This document shows, piece after piece, positions 1-10,547 of a DNA stretch of 64,000 nt (position 1 is the stretch's first letter; each line of letters begins with the position of its first letter). The stretch covers positions 1 to 64,000 of IMG/VR virus record IMGVR_UViG_3300042868_011225. One strand, given 5' to 3'. The notes below the pieces were generated by a model. The model saw nothing but the letters and a program-made list of their open reading frames with translations, was not told the DNA's origin and made no database searches. The stretch comes from a virus. The position numbers and the translations under genes were made by a program.

Positions 1-3000
1 AAATGACACTATTAATGAAACTGATAGAATATATACAAACACATTAATAACAAATAATTCAGCACCCCAAGTAATTGGTATCTTGGATAATGAATTGGTT
101 GAGGTTGACGTTAGTACTTTTATAGGAACTACAAGTCCTATTGAAGTTGTTAATACTAGTAGTTTGTTTTCTACTGCTTTTAATTCTGGTGCTGGAAGTA
201 ATGCTACGGATTCAAACTTTTTTGGTCAATATGCTGGTAATGTTGCAACAAATTCTAACTATTCAAATTTTATTGGTAATAGTGCTGGTTATTATGCAAG
301 TGGTGCTGTAGATTCAAATTTCTTTGGGACAGGTGCTGGTAGTTTAGCAAGAAATAGTATTCATTCAAATTTTATTGGTAATTACGCTGGTGGTAATGCA
401 AATAATGTTAGTTATTCAAATTTTTTAGGTCAAGGTGCTGGTGCTGCTGCAAGTGGTGCTAGTAACTCAAATTTCTTTGGTCAACAAGCTGGTTATGCCG
501 CAACTGGTGCAACTCAATCAAATTTCTTTGGTCATGGTGCTGGTGGTTTTGCAAGAAATGCTAATGACTCAAACTTTTTAGGTTTCCAAGCTGGTTATAG
601 TGGAACAAGTGCTCCATATTCAAACTTTTTAGGTCGTCAAGCTGGTTTTCAAGCAACAGGTGCAAGTAGTTCAAACTTTTTTGGGTTTCAAGCTGGATTA
701 CAGGCAAATGATGCTAATAATTCAAACTTTTTTGGTAGTCAAGCTGGTAATCTTGCAAGAAATGCTTATGAATCAAACTTTTTTGGTAATAATGCTGGTA
801 ATCTTGCAAGTGCTGCAACTAGGTCAAACTTTTTTGGTAGTCAAGCTGGTGATAGAGCAACAAGTGCTGCTAATTCAAACTTCTTGGGTTATCGTGCTGG
901 TAATGCTGCAATAAATGCTAGTAATTCAAACTTCTTTGGACAACTAGCTGGTGATAGAGCAACAAATGCAACTGGTTCAAACTTCATGGGTTATAGAGCT
1001 GGTAGTGGTGCAACAAGTGCTAGTAACTCAAATTTTTTAGGTAATAACGCTGGTCTAGGTGCACTAGGTGCAAATAATTCAAACTTTTTTGGTAATTTTG
1101 CTGGTAGTGGTGCAACCAATGCTGATTATTCAAATTTATTTGGTTTTAATGTTGGTAGAGTTTTTACAGGTAACAATATTGGTGCAAATAATATAATAAT
1201 TGGTAAAAACATATCATTACCAAATGCTGCAACAAATAGTATTAATATTGGTGGTGTCTTGTTTGGTAGTGGGACGTATAGTGCACTAACTAGTAACCCA
1301 AGTATAACAGGACAAACACAAGGTAGAATTGGTATCAACGTAGTTAATCCAAGTCAAGCGTTACACGTATCTGGAAATACGCTTGTAGATGGTAATTTAA
1401 CTGCAACTACAATTAGTGCAACAACATATAATAATTTACCGAAAGATGTGTTTACAACTGGTGGTACCTATTCAGCAGGAACAGCTGTATTTAGTAACAA
1501 TACTGGTGGTACATTTAGTGTAAGTGGATTTAGTAGTGGTACTAGTACTAATCCAGGTCTTGAAATGTGGAGTGTTGATTATGGTAGCTATAATGGTAAT
1601 GTCTTTTTTGATACTTTAGACAGAAGTTATGGTTCAACTCAATTATCAAACAATGGTTCGGTTTGGACAAACAATACATTAGAAACTTTAAGTTTTAACG
1701 TGGCCGCATCTGTTATTTGGGTTGGTAATGGAACTCCTAATATTGAAAATATTCACACATTAAATATTTTTCATAGTACGTTAGGGTATATTCAAGGTGA
1801 TTCAGTTGCCGAAAATGTGGCTAATAATTTAAGTCAACAATATAATACATCGGTTTCTTGTGACATTATTTTAGAACCTAATGAACAATTTTATTTAGTT
1901 GTTGATTCATTAGGGTCTCAAGATTTTGTTGAGGGTAGATTAAATATTACTAGTTTATTTACTGGTGAACAAGGTCCACAAGGACAAATGGGTCTTCAAG
2001 GTCCTGAAGGAACAGGTCTTTTTACTGGTGGAACAATAAGTAGCCCAACTAATTTTACTGGTGGTTTAAGTGCCAATACGTTTAGTGCAACAACATATCA
2101 AAATTTACCAATTGAGATAGTTAACGGTAGTAGTTTATTTTCATTTAAATTAAGTGCTGGTGTTGGAGCAATCAACGCTATCCATTCAAACTTTTTAGGT
2201 GCTAGTGCTGGAGGTAATGCAAATAATGCAAGTTATTCAAACTTTATGGGTTCTCAAGCAGGTAGTAACGCTAGTGGTGCTAATAACTCAAACTTTATGG
2301 GTTCTCAAGCTGGTCAAAATGCAATAAGTGCTAGTCAATCAAACTTTATGGGTACTCAAGCTGGTTATTTTGCAACAGGTGCTAGTAACTCAAACTTTTT
2401 TGGTAATACAGCTGGTTATGGTGCTACAAATGCTAATGCTTCTAATTTTTTTGGTATCAGTGCTGGTAACTCAGCAATAAATGCAAATAATTCAAATTTC
2501 TTTGGTCAGGGTGCTGGTGTTTTAGCAACTGGTGCAAGTCAATCTAACTTTATAGGACAGGGTGCTGGTAATGGTGCAACCAACGCTAATAATTCAAACT
2601 TTTTAGGTTTTACCGCTGGTGGTAATGCTGCAACTGGTGCTAGTTTTTCAAATTTATTTGGTTTTAAAGCTGGTTATGCATCTAATGCAAACCTTAGTAT
2701 TGGTTCAAATAACATAATAATTGGTACAAATATTACTTTATCAGCTAGAACAACAAATAGTATTAATTTAGGTGGTGTGTTATTTGGGACTGGTACTTAT
2801 AGTACAACAGGTGGTACACCAAGTATTATACCTAGTAGTGCTGGTAGAATTGGTGTTGCCGTTGTTAACCCTACAAAACGTTTACATATTTCTGGTGAAA
2901 CAGCTAACGATTCTGGTTTAAGACTTGAAACACTTACAAGTGCAAGCCCTACATCAGCAGGTCAAGCAATTGGTGTTGATTCAAACGGTAATGTGGTAAC

Positions 3001-3289
3001 TGTAGCTGGTGGTGGTGTTACACCAATATATACAGCGGTGACTACTAGTAGTGTTTTAACAAACGCTAACCAAACAGTTATTGTTGATTCATCAACAGAT
3101 ATTACAATCACACTTCCACAAATTATTGTAGATGGAACAAAAATAACTATTAAAAATATAAACACAGGTATTGAAACAATATTACCTTATAGTGGACAAT
3201 TAATTGATGGTGATACCTCGGTTATAGTGGCTAGAAAAAATGTTTCATTAGATTTTCAATCATATAATAATAATTGGTACTTAATTTAA
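1..3289 (+). CDS. Tail fibre/adhesin-like protein, 5'-truncated; two blocks of 17-aa SNFxGxxAG beta-solenoid repeats and a short collagen-like segment
   Basis: The frame is open from base 2, so the TTG at 83 is unlikely to be the true start. It has 19+10 repeats, GRIGI(N)VVNPxxxLH(V/I)SG fibre motifs and Gly-X-Y x6 at 1964-2017. Confidence 0.75.
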   Translation, partial: NDTINETDRIYTNTLITNNSAPQVIGILDNELVEVDVSTFIGTTSPIEVVNTSSLFSTAFNSGAGSNATDSNFFGQYAGNVATNSNYSNFIGNSAGYYASGAVDSNFFGTGAGSLARNSIHSNFIGNYAGGNANNVSYSNFLGQGAGAAASGASNSNFFGQQAGYAATGATQSNFFGHGAGGFARNANDSNFLGFQAGYSGTSAPYSNFLGRQAGFQATGASSSNFFGFQAGLQANDANNSNFFGSQAGNLARNAYESNFFGNNAGNLASAATRSNFFGSQAGDRATSAANSNFLGYRAGNAAINASNSNFFGQLAGDRATNATGSNFMGYRAGSGATSASNSNFLGNNAGLGALGANNSNFFGNFAGSGATNADYSNLFGFNVGRVFTGNNIGANNIIIGKNISLPNAATNSINIGGVLFGSGTYSALTSNPSITGQTQGRIGINVVNPSQALHVSGNTLVDGNLTATTISATTYNNLPKDVFTTGGTYSAGTAVFSNNTGGTFSVSGFSSGTSTNPGLEMWSVDYGSYNGNVFFDTLDRSYGSTQLSNNGSVWTNNTLETLSFNVAASVIWVGNGTPNIENIHTLNIFHSTLGYIQGDSVAENVANNLSQQYNTSVSCDIILEPNEQFYLVVDSLGSQDFVEGRLNITSLFTGEQGPQGQMGLQGPEGTGLFTGGTISSPTNFTGGLSANTFSATTYQNLPIEIVNGSSLFSFKLSAGVGAINAIHSNFLGASAGGNANNASYSNFMGSQAGSNASGANNSNFMGSQAGQNAISASQSNFMGTQAGYFATGASNSNFFGNTAGYGATNANASNFFGISAGNSAINANNSNFFGQGAGVLATGASQSNFIGQGAGNGATNANNSNFLGFTAGGNAATGASFSNLFGFKAGYASNANLSIGSNNIIIGTNITLSARTTNSINLGGVLFGTGTYSTTGGTPSIIPSSAGRIGVAVVNPTKRLHISGETANDSGLRLETLTSASPTSAGQAIGVDSNGNVVTVAGGGVTPIYTAVTTSSVLTNANQTVIVDSSTDITITLPQIIVDGTKITIKNINTGIETILPYSGQLIDGDTSVIVARKNVSLDFQSYNNNWYLI
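209..1156 (+). repeat. Coding tandem repeat, 51-nt period, 19 units (xSNFFGxxAGxxAxxAx)
   Basis: The tcaaa(c/t)tt(t/c)...ggt...gctggt core recurs at exactly 51-nt spacing from 209 to 1127. Confidence 0.9.
2183..2674 (+). repeat. Second block of the same 51-nt coding repeat, 10 units
   Basis: Same consensus as the first block; one unit is 54 nt. Confidence 0.9.
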
Positions 3290-3313
3290 TTTACAAATTT
3301 CATTATAACCCTA

Positions 3314-3321
3314 TATTTATA
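3314..3321 (+). promoter_or_regulatory. Putative phage late promoter TATTTATA
   Basis: Lies 14 nt before ATG 3336; the same motif precedes about 11 genes. Confidence 0.55.
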
Positions 3322-3335
3322 AATAAATAAAAATT

Positions 3336-3635
3336 ATGTCATACATACCACCATCGGATTCACTAAATGTTTTAAATACTAGTGGAGCAACAATAAACCC
3401 AGCAACCGAGGAAACCGTTCTTTTATTAAGAAGAATGGTAAAATTAATGGAACCTATGGCTGTACAAGATTCACAACAAAGACAAAGAGTTGTTGTAGAA
3501 ACAATAGCGAATATGAACCTTCTAAGTACTGTAGGTAATATAGCAGCAATTGGTAGTGTGGACTCTAGATTTCAATTCATAGACGCTGCTAGAAATGCTT
3601 TTGCAAACGGAATAAGACAAAATTTAACATATTAA
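3336..3635 (+). CDS. Small hypothetical virion-associated protein, probable partner of the downstream propeller protein
   Basis: 99-aa ORF preceded by the late motif, 9 nt from the next gene. Confidence 0.6.
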   Translation: MSYIPPSDSLNVLNTSGATINPATEETVLLLRRMVKLMEPMAVQDSQQRQRVVVETIANMNLLSTVGNIAAIGSVDSRFQFIDAARNAFANGIRQNLTY

Positions 3636-3644
3636 ACAAACAAA

Positions 3645-6476
3645 ATGGCATTAACAAATAATTTAAAACCAGTATTAGACATTCCTGTATGGGAATGGTC
3701 AAGATTTGCACCAACAGTTACATCAGCACAAAGTGCACTAACAACATCGGAAGATGGTGATGATAGATATATGTATTATTTAGTTGGGTCTCTATTTTAT
3801 AGATATGACGCAATTACAGATTCATACTTACAATTATCATCACCAATCACAGCACCAAATACTGCGTTATCATTAAGGTATTCTAAATACAGTGGAAATA
3901 GAGCAAGAGTATTATCCCAAGTAAACACATCAAACTTAAAAATACCATATATTGGTGGTGGAAGCTTACTTGTTGGTAAAAATCTTGTTATTAGATATGG
4001 TTCAGGTCTTGGTCAAGAAAGAACAATAACAGCTGTTGACCCAGAGGTTGTTGAAGATTCTGGTTTATGTACTTCCGCAACAGCATTAATAATTACAGAT
4101 ACAACTAAAAGATGGAAACCAAATCAATGGGTTGGTTTTAACTGTAGGATAACTTTTTCTAGTGGTGTTCAATTACAAAGAACAATATTGTACAACACAG
4201 TTGATACCCTATATTTTTCAGATATTAACTATCAACCTTATGAATCTTTTGATAACACAGGGTTTTCAACAGCTCCAACTATTGTAGCTGGTTCTCAATC
4301 TAGTTTTTTAATCACATCACAAGTTATAACCTTAAACACACCTTTAACTGTAAGTGCTGACACAAGTTCTAAAATTATAATTCAAACAGGAACAATATGG
4401 TTAGTGTCTTCAGCTACAAGTGCACCATTTTTTACATGGCAAATGTATGATGTTGCCAACGATATTTGGATAACTAAAACAGCAAATAATGCTATTTTTC
4501 CTGCGGCTATTACTACTGATTTTGCAATAGAAAGAACAGGTGCTTATGATGGTGAATACTTAACAGGTACAACAACTTCTGCAACAACTAGAACGTTAAC
4601 CGATAATTCTAAAACAATGGTTATTGATGAGTATGTAAATTATCAAATCAGAATTAAAAGTGGAACTGGAATTGGTCAAAGATTAAGAATAGTAGCTAAT
4701 GGTTCTAATTACTTTGAGGTGGCTAAAAAATGGGATATAACCCCTGATAACACATCTACTTATGCTATTTATTCAGATACAGATTCTATTTTTTTTGCTG
4801 GAAATAGTAACTCTTCACTACTTAAATATAGTGTTGAAGCCGATTTGTGGAGTCAAGGAAACATATATGATTATGGTGTTACTTCTACCATAACGGCACG
4901 AAGAGATAAAGGTTTACCTTTTGGTATCAGTTCAGGTGTTAGAACCACAACTGGTATAACGTCTGTTGTTATCAACAACGGTGGTTCAGGTTACAGAATT
5001 GGTGATGTATTGACAGTAAGTGGTGGTGGTGGTACCAATGGTAAAGTTTATGTTGAAACTATAACATCTACAGGTGTTATAACATCAGTATCTTTAATGA
5101 GAGCTGGTGCTGGGTATTCTGTTACCACAGGTGCCGCAACAACAGGTGGTGGTGGTACTTTAGCTACTGTAAATATAGTTTCTGTTGGAGGTGTTTGTTT
5201 AATAACAACTACAATCCCACATCAATTTAAAATAGGTGAATCAGTAATTATATCAGGGTGTACAGAAGCCGCTTATAACACCACATCAACTATTGTTGGT
5301 GTAGATGGTGTATCAGCCACAGCACCAACAACTTTTGACATTGTTACAACAGCGGTAGCTAGTATGACAGCTTCAATAGCTCAATCAGTTACAGTAATAG
5401 TTGACGCTAATGCTAATTGGGATGTAAACGAACTTGTTGGTAAAACTATAGGTGTCGCAACAGTTGGGTTGGCTGGTACTTATCAATTCAGAAGAATTAC
5501 ATCTAATACTCAAACTTCAATAACATTGGGAGGAACTATAGGAACAGCTGCGGTAAACGGTACGTCTAGATATATAATAACTGAAGCTGAAGCTTTAGGT
5601 AGAGATTTACAATACCCTATAGCACAACAGAGTGCGTCTGGAGCTGTTACTAGTGGAACTACATCAACGCTTGTGGATTCATCAAAGATTTGGATTCCTG
5701 GTTCATGGACAAATAATAGAGTTAGAGTTGTTGCTGGTACAGGGCTTGGAGCGGAGTTTGTAATTACAGCAAACACAGAAACCACCCTTTCTTTCGCTAC
5801 TCAATCATTTACACCTGACACAACAACAAGATATCAGATAATGGCAGTATTTGGTATTGCTACTGGTGGTAGTACATCTACACTTATAGACACTACTAAA
5901 AACTGGAAAGTAAATCAATGGGCTGGTAAAAGAGTTAGAATTACAGGTGGTACAGGTCAATCAAATGAAATACTTATAGTAAGTAATACTACTACCACTT
6001 TAACGTTTGCTGTACAAACGTTTACACCTGACACAACTACTCAATATACCATATTAGGTATCCCACCTAGAGGTTTAGCAACAGGTTTAGTATTTGCTTA
6101 TGGTCACAATAATGGAAGGTATATATGGAGTGTCAGAGGTAGTGGAGCATCAAATATTGATAGATATGATATTGTAACAGATACATGGCAATATGGTAAT
6201 TTTATACCACCACAGTTTGAATCGTTTACTACAGGTAGTATGTACGCTTATGATGGTATTGATAGAATTTACATAAACCATAACGCCACAAACAGAATTT
6301 ATTATTTTGATATGACAACAAGAGAAATGGTTAATTCAGGTACCGTACCTTATGGTCATGGTATTGCTGTTATTGGAAACAGAATGGAAATTATAAATGG
6401 GCCTGATGGTTTAAAATTCTTATATGTTATGAGACATGCTGGAGCAGAAATGTGGAGATGTTTACTATTTTGGTAA
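3645..6476 (+). CDS. Putative receptor-binding/virion protein: kelch-like beta-propeller blades interrupted by repeated ~70-aa beta modules
   Basis: Blade motifs FYRYDAITDSY, WQMYDVANDIW, LLKYSVEADLW, IDRYDIVTDTW. Repeated TLxDxxKxWxxNxWxxxRVRIxxGTGxGQ modules. GITSVVINNGGSGY tail motif. Confidence 0.6.
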   Translation: MALTNNLKPVLDIPVWEWSRFAPTVTSAQSALTTSEDGDDRYMYYLVGSLFYRYDAITDSYLQLSSPITAPNTALSLRYSKYSGNRARVLSQVNTSNLKIPYIGGGSLLVGKNLVIRYGSGLGQERTITAVDPEVVEDSGLCTSATALIITDTTKRWKPNQWVGFNCRITFSSGVQLQRTILYNTVDTLYFSDINYQPYESFDNTGFSTAPTIVAGSQSSFLITSQVITLNTPLTVSADTSSKIIIQTGTIWLVSSATSAPFFTWQMYDVANDIWITKTANNAIFPAAITTDFAIERTGAYDGEYLTGTTTSATTRTLTDNSKTMVIDEYVNYQIRIKSGTGIGQRLRIVANGSNYFEVAKKWDITPDNTSTYAIYSDTDSIFFAGNSNSSLLKYSVEADLWSQGNIYDYGVTSTITARRDKGLPFGISSGVRTTTGITSVVINNGGSGYRIGDVLTVSGGGGTNGKVYVETITSTGVITSVSLMRAGAGYSVTTGAATTGGGGTLATVNIVSVGGVCLITTTIPHQFKIGESVIISGCTEAAYNTTSTIVGVDGVSATAPTTFDIVTTAVASMTASIAQSVTVIVDANANWDVNELVGKTIGVATVGLAGTYQFRRITSNTQTSITLGGTIGTAAVNGTSRYIITEAEALGRDLQYPIAQQSASGAVTSGTTSTLVDSSKIWIPGSWTNNRVRVVAGTGLGAEFVITANTETTLSFATQSFTPDTTTRYQIMAVFGIATGGSTSTLIDTTKNWKVNQWAGKRVRITGGTGQSNEILIVSNTTTTLTFAVQTFTPDTTTQYTILGIPPRGLATGLVFAYGHNNGRYIWSVRGSGASNIDRYDIVTDTWQYGNFIPPQFESFTTGSMYAYDGIDRIYINHNATNRIYYFDMTTREMVNSGTVPYGHGIAVIGNRMEIINGPDGLKFLYVMRHAGAEMWRCLLFW

Positions 6477-6495
6477 AATAATTTAAAAATATAGT

Positions 6496-9400
6496 ATGTC
6501 AACACAAATAATTTCATTTGATTTAGCACCTTTTTATATCCAATCTGGATATGGAATACCTAACCATTATTCTACAGTAGGTTCAGAGTATACCGATTTA
6601 AACACGGTGATTAAATATGTTAATCAAAATGGTTTAAATTATTGGGTTGAAATGGGTCAAAGTGGCGGTGCTGGTGGGTCGTTTACTGGTGCTATATATT
6701 CTACTGGTACAACAATATTTACCAACAACACAGGTGGAACATTTAGTGTTACTGGTTATACTTACATACCACATTTAGAATACAATAATTCAAACTCAAC
6801 CATTTGGAATAATGGTTTTGGTAACATTAGCAGCAATATATCTTTTGGTCAAAATGCCATGGTTTCTACTACAAGTGGTACTTTTAATACGGCTTTTGGT
6901 AATGAATCACTTAGTGCTAATACAACAGGTAATTATAATACAGGTATTGGTGCTGGTAGTTTAACTTATAACACAATTGGGGTTCAAAATTTTGGAATTG
7001 GTTCTTATGCGTTGTATTATAATACAACTGGTAGTTATAATACTGCTATTGGTGTTGCCTCATTACAAAATAATACAACAGCACAAAGAAATGTTGGTAT
7101 AGGCACTTTCACATTATATAACAATATTGGTTCTAGGAATATTGGAATAGGTTTTTATGCTGGTTCAGCAACAAAAGGTAGTGATAATACTTTAATTGGT
7201 TCAGATTCAAACAACACTAATGCTGGTTTGGTTTCAGGTTCAAACAACACAATCATTGGAACTTTATTATCAGGTGTGATAAATGGTTCAAACAATACTA
7301 TTTTTGGTAAACCAAGTGGTTTATCTTCAGCAACAACCAATAATATAATTATTGCGGATGGTAGTGGTAATATTAGATTTAGAGATAATAATATCAATAC
7401 CATATTACCTAGATTAGCTGGTAGTGGTGACAGAATGGTTATTGTTAGTCCAAATGGTGAATTATCGGCAAGAACAATTACTAATACAACATTTACTGGT
7501 GGTACTGTGTCTGGTTCAACATCATTTACTAGTGGTCTTACTGTTAATTACATTGACTTTGATACCACACCTACAGTTCCAAACCCTACAGGTGGAACAG
7601 TGTATTTTGATTCGACTGAAAACGCTTTATCGTACAAGCCGTTAACAAATCAAAATGACGTTACGGTAAATTTGGGACAAGAATCTTTAATTAGGGTTTA
7701 TAATAATTTAGGTTATCAAATCAACAATGGCCAAGTTTTACATATAACGGGCTCAACTTCAGGTGTGCCAACCGTTGCGTTGGCAAACGCATCAAAACTT
7801 GCTACAATAACTACAATAGGTTTAGCACAAACTTCAGGTGTTGCAACTCACGATATACCTAATGGACAATATGGGTTTATGACAAACTTTGGTGTTGTTA
7901 GAGATTTAAATACAAGTGCATTTACAGCTGGTGATGAAATATATTTATCTGATACTGTTGATGGAGCTTTAACCAACAATCCAGATAATATTGCACTTAC
8001 ATCAAGGGTTTCAACTGTAGGTTTTTGTTTGGAATCAAGTCCAACCATCGGTAAAATACTTGTTGTTATTTCAAATGAAAACAAGGTTGAAAGTTTAACA
8101 CAAAAAGAGGTAAACGTTTTGTTAGGTAATACGATATCAACAGGTGTTTTTAATTTTACTGGAATAACGTTGGCATCAAGCAACACATTTAACGTTGCAC
8201 CAGTAGATGCATGGTTTGTTGACAATACAACTAACCCTTTAATCCCAGAAGTTCTTTATGTTAACTATTCTGGCCAAACAAATATCCCATCACTTTATTA
8301 TAATACAGCAACAGAAACATATCTTTTGCTTACTAGTGCTGGAACTATAACACAACAAACAACATTTCCAACACCACAACAAAGAAGACAAAATGTTTAT
8401 TTGGGTAAAATGGGTCATGGGAATAGAACTAGTCTTATTAACGCATTTAACGAACCTGATTTAGATGTGTCACCATTATCACAACTTCGTGATATGTTTA
8501 CACCAATTAAATTAATAAATGAAAATGTTTATCCAAGTCCTAATTCAAATCTAACATTTAATACTAGTAGTGGAACTTTATTTGGGTTAGGTATTGGGTT
8601 TACGACAAATCAATTTAACCCAAGTAGTATAAGTGTGTCAGGGAACTCACCAACAACATTCCAATATAGAACACAAACAGGTGGTACGGCTACAAATAGA
8701 ACAACAATTGACCCAGCTAATTATGATTTAAATGGAGTTATTACAACTATTGGGTCACCAGCAAAACAAGCAACAAATCAAAGAATATTTTTGTTACAAA
8801 ATGGTCAATTTAGAATACAATATGGTCAAACTAAATATGCTGATTTAACAACCGCAATTGCAGCGGTTAATACAGAAGCATTCACAACATTTTCAAATTT
8901 TAGAGATAACGCAGTATTAATTGCAATATTATCTGTTAGGTCAGATGCAACAATTTTAAATGATATAGCACAAGCAAAAATTACGTTTGCATCAAAATTT
9001 GGTGAAACAGTAGGTGGAACGGGTGGTATTTCAACCACTACACTTCAACAAGCATACAACAACTCAGCAACACCTGAAATAGTAACAAATTCGGTAGAAG
9101 GTGCGTTAAGTATTAAAAATGGTACTGGAAATGCTGATAACGTAACCAACTTATTTGAAGGTTTAAATGCTGCTGGAAATGCAACTAGTTTTATTAGAGC
9201 TGATGGTAATATTTCTGGGACAACAGTTCAAACAAACGTTATCTATGATAATGGAACCAAGGTAGGGATAGGAACAATAATGCCAACATCAAAGTTGCAC
9301 TCTGTTGCATCTTTATCTGGACCACTTTCTTATGATTCTCTTTCTGCTATTTTTGGATATAATACTAGTACAGATACTGTTTATAATAATCAAGTAGGTG

Positions 9401-10182
9401 TAGCAGGAAGAGTTCAAACATCTGGTGGAAAAGCCATATACGGTGATGCCTCATTTGGTGCAGGTTGGGGTGGTTATTTTGATGGTAAAGGATATTTCTC
9501 AGCTAACGTAGGGATAGGGACAACAACACCTGTAAGTAAATTACACGTTATTGGTGATACAAGATTACAAGGTGGGTTAACAGCTAATACAATATCAGCA
9601 ACCACAACAATTAACTCAGGAACTAAAACAACAACAACAATAGATGGTTCTAATGACCAATCAGGTATTGTTGTTGTTGGTAGTAATACTGTTGGTGGTA
9701 GTGGATATAATGATTTTATTAAAGTAACCAATACAGCAGCTGGTGCAACCAATATAAATAAAACTTTTAGGGTAAATAATACTGGTGGTTTAGAGATTGT
9801 TAATAGTGCTTACAGCAATATAGCTTTTAGTCTTACAGATGCTGGTGTTTTAAGTACTCCTGGTGGTGGAACTTCTGATTTAAGAACTAAAAAAAATATA
9901 GAATATATTTATGATGAAAAAACAACATTAATTAAAAAATTAAAACCAGTTAAATTTGAGTTTAAAAATAATGAAAATATTAAAAGACATGGTTTTATTG
10001 CTCAAGACATACTTGAACTATACCCTGAATTAGTTTTAGGTAATGGTAATGAAGAAAATGGTGTGTATGGGTTAGATTATGACGGAATTTTATCATTAAC
10101 AGTTAAAGCATTACAAGAAAGTATTATTAGAATAGAAAAATTAGAATCAGTTATAAAAGAATTAAAAAATAACAATAATTAA
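6496..10182 (+). CDS. Tail fibre protein with C-terminal intramolecular chaperone (peptidase S74-like)
   Basis: SDLRTKKNI...LKPVKF...HGFIAQD...YPELV...LDYDGI...KALQE followed by a coiled coil (9874-10179). Also 17-aa NTAxGxxSLxxNTTG repeats and VGIGTTTPxSKLHV motifs. Confidence 0.85.
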   Translation: MSTQIISFDLAPFYIQSGYGIPNHYSTVGSEYTDLNTVIKYVNQNGLNYWVEMGQSGGAGGSFTGAIYSTGTTIFTNNTGGTFSVTGYTYIPHLEYNNSNSTIWNNGFGNISSNISFGQNAMVSTTSGTFNTAFGNESLSANTTGNYNTGIGAGSLTYNTIGVQNFGIGSYALYYNTTGSYNTAIGVASLQNNTTAQRNVGIGTFTLYNNIGSRNIGIGFYAGSATKGSDNTLIGSDSNNTNAGLVSGSNNTIIGTLLSGVINGSNNTIFGKPSGLSSATTNNIIIADGSGNIRFRDNNINTILPRLAGSGDRMVIVSPNGELSARTITNTTFTGGTVSGSTSFTSGLTVNYIDFDTTPTVPNPTGGTVYFDSTENALSYKPLTNQNDVTVNLGQESLIRVYNNLGYQINNGQVLHITGSTSGVPTVALANASKLATITTIGLAQTSGVATHDIPNGQYGFMTNFGVVRDLNTSAFTAGDEIYLSDTVDGALTNNPDNIALTSRVSTVGFCLESSPTIGKILVVISNENKVESLTQKEVNVLLGNTISTGVFNFTGITLASSNTFNVAPVDAWFVDNTTNPLIPEVLYVNYSGQTNIPSLYYNTATETYLLLTSAGTITQQTTFPTPQQRRQNVYLGKMGHGNRTSLINAFNEPDLDVSPLSQLRDMFTPIKLINENVYPSPNSNLTFNTSSGTLFGLGIGFTTNQFNPSSISVSGNSPTTFQYRTQTGGTATNRTTIDPANYDLNGVITTIGSPAKQATNQRIFLLQNGQFRIQYGQTKYADLTTAIAAVNTEAFTTFSNFRDNAVLIAILSVRSDATILNDIAQAKITFASKFGETVGGTGGISTTTLQQAYNNSATPEIVTNSVEGALSIKNGTGNADNVTNLFEGLNAAGNATSFIRADGNISGTTVQTNVIYDNGTKVGIGTIMPTSKLHSVASLSGPLSYDSLSAIFGYNTSTDTVYNNQVGVAGRVQTSGGKAIYGDASFGAGWGGYFDGKGYFSANVGIGTTTPVSKLHVIGDTRLQGGLTANTISATTTINSGTKTTTTIDGSNDQSGIVVVGSNTVGGSGYNDFIKVTNTAAGATNINKTFRVNNTGGLEIVNSAYSNIAFSLTDAGVLSTPGGGTSDLRTKKNIEYIYDEKTTLIKKLKPVKFEFKNNENIKRHGFIAQDILELYPELVLGNGNEENGVYGLDYDGILSLTVKALQESIIRIEKLESVIKELKNNNN

Positions 10183-10193
10183 AAACAAAAATC

Positions 10194-10547
10194 ATGATTG
10201 AATGTACAATTTGTCCAATTTTATGGAACAACATCAAAAAGTATCTAACAGATACAACTAAAATCTTTTCAAAAGATTTTGTAAAACAAAATTATCATAA
10301 ACACTTAGGTTATTCGCTAGTGTTAACTTTCTTTAGTATGTGGTTATTATTATCATATGCTCATTTGGCTGAGACAGGAATGCCTTTTCAATTATTTATT
10401 GGTGGGTTTGGAGCTTATGCTGTTAACTTTGTTAGAGAATGGTACTACGGTATTAAGTATGGTGCACCATGGGACTTTACTGATTTAAACATGGGAAGTT
10501 ACGGTGGTATCATCGGTGCTTTGTTAGCAGTGTTATTCACCATATAA
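10194..10547 (+). CDS. Small membrane protein (about 3 hydrophobic helices); holin-like or YfiM/VanZ-like
   Basis: Hydrophobic segments LGYSLVLTFFSMWLLL, LFIGGFGAYAVNFV and GGIIGALLAVLF; KH...REW...DL pattern. Confidence 0.5.
   Translation: MIECTICPILWNNIKKYLTDTTKIFSKDFVKQNYHKHLGYSLVLTFFSMWLLLSYAHLAETGMPFQLFIGGFGAYAVNFVREWYYGIKYGAPWDFTDLNMGSYGGIIGALLAVLFTI

Noticed and set aside
209-2674. Regularly spaced DNA repeats resembling a CRISPR array
   Set aside because: The period is 51 nt (17 codons), the repeats vary at synonymous positions, and they lie in one open frame. They are protein repeats, and no cas genes are present.
1-10182. Diversity-generating retroelement acting on fibre genes
   Set aside because: No reverse transcriptase in the window, and no template/variable repeat pair differing only at adenines was seen.
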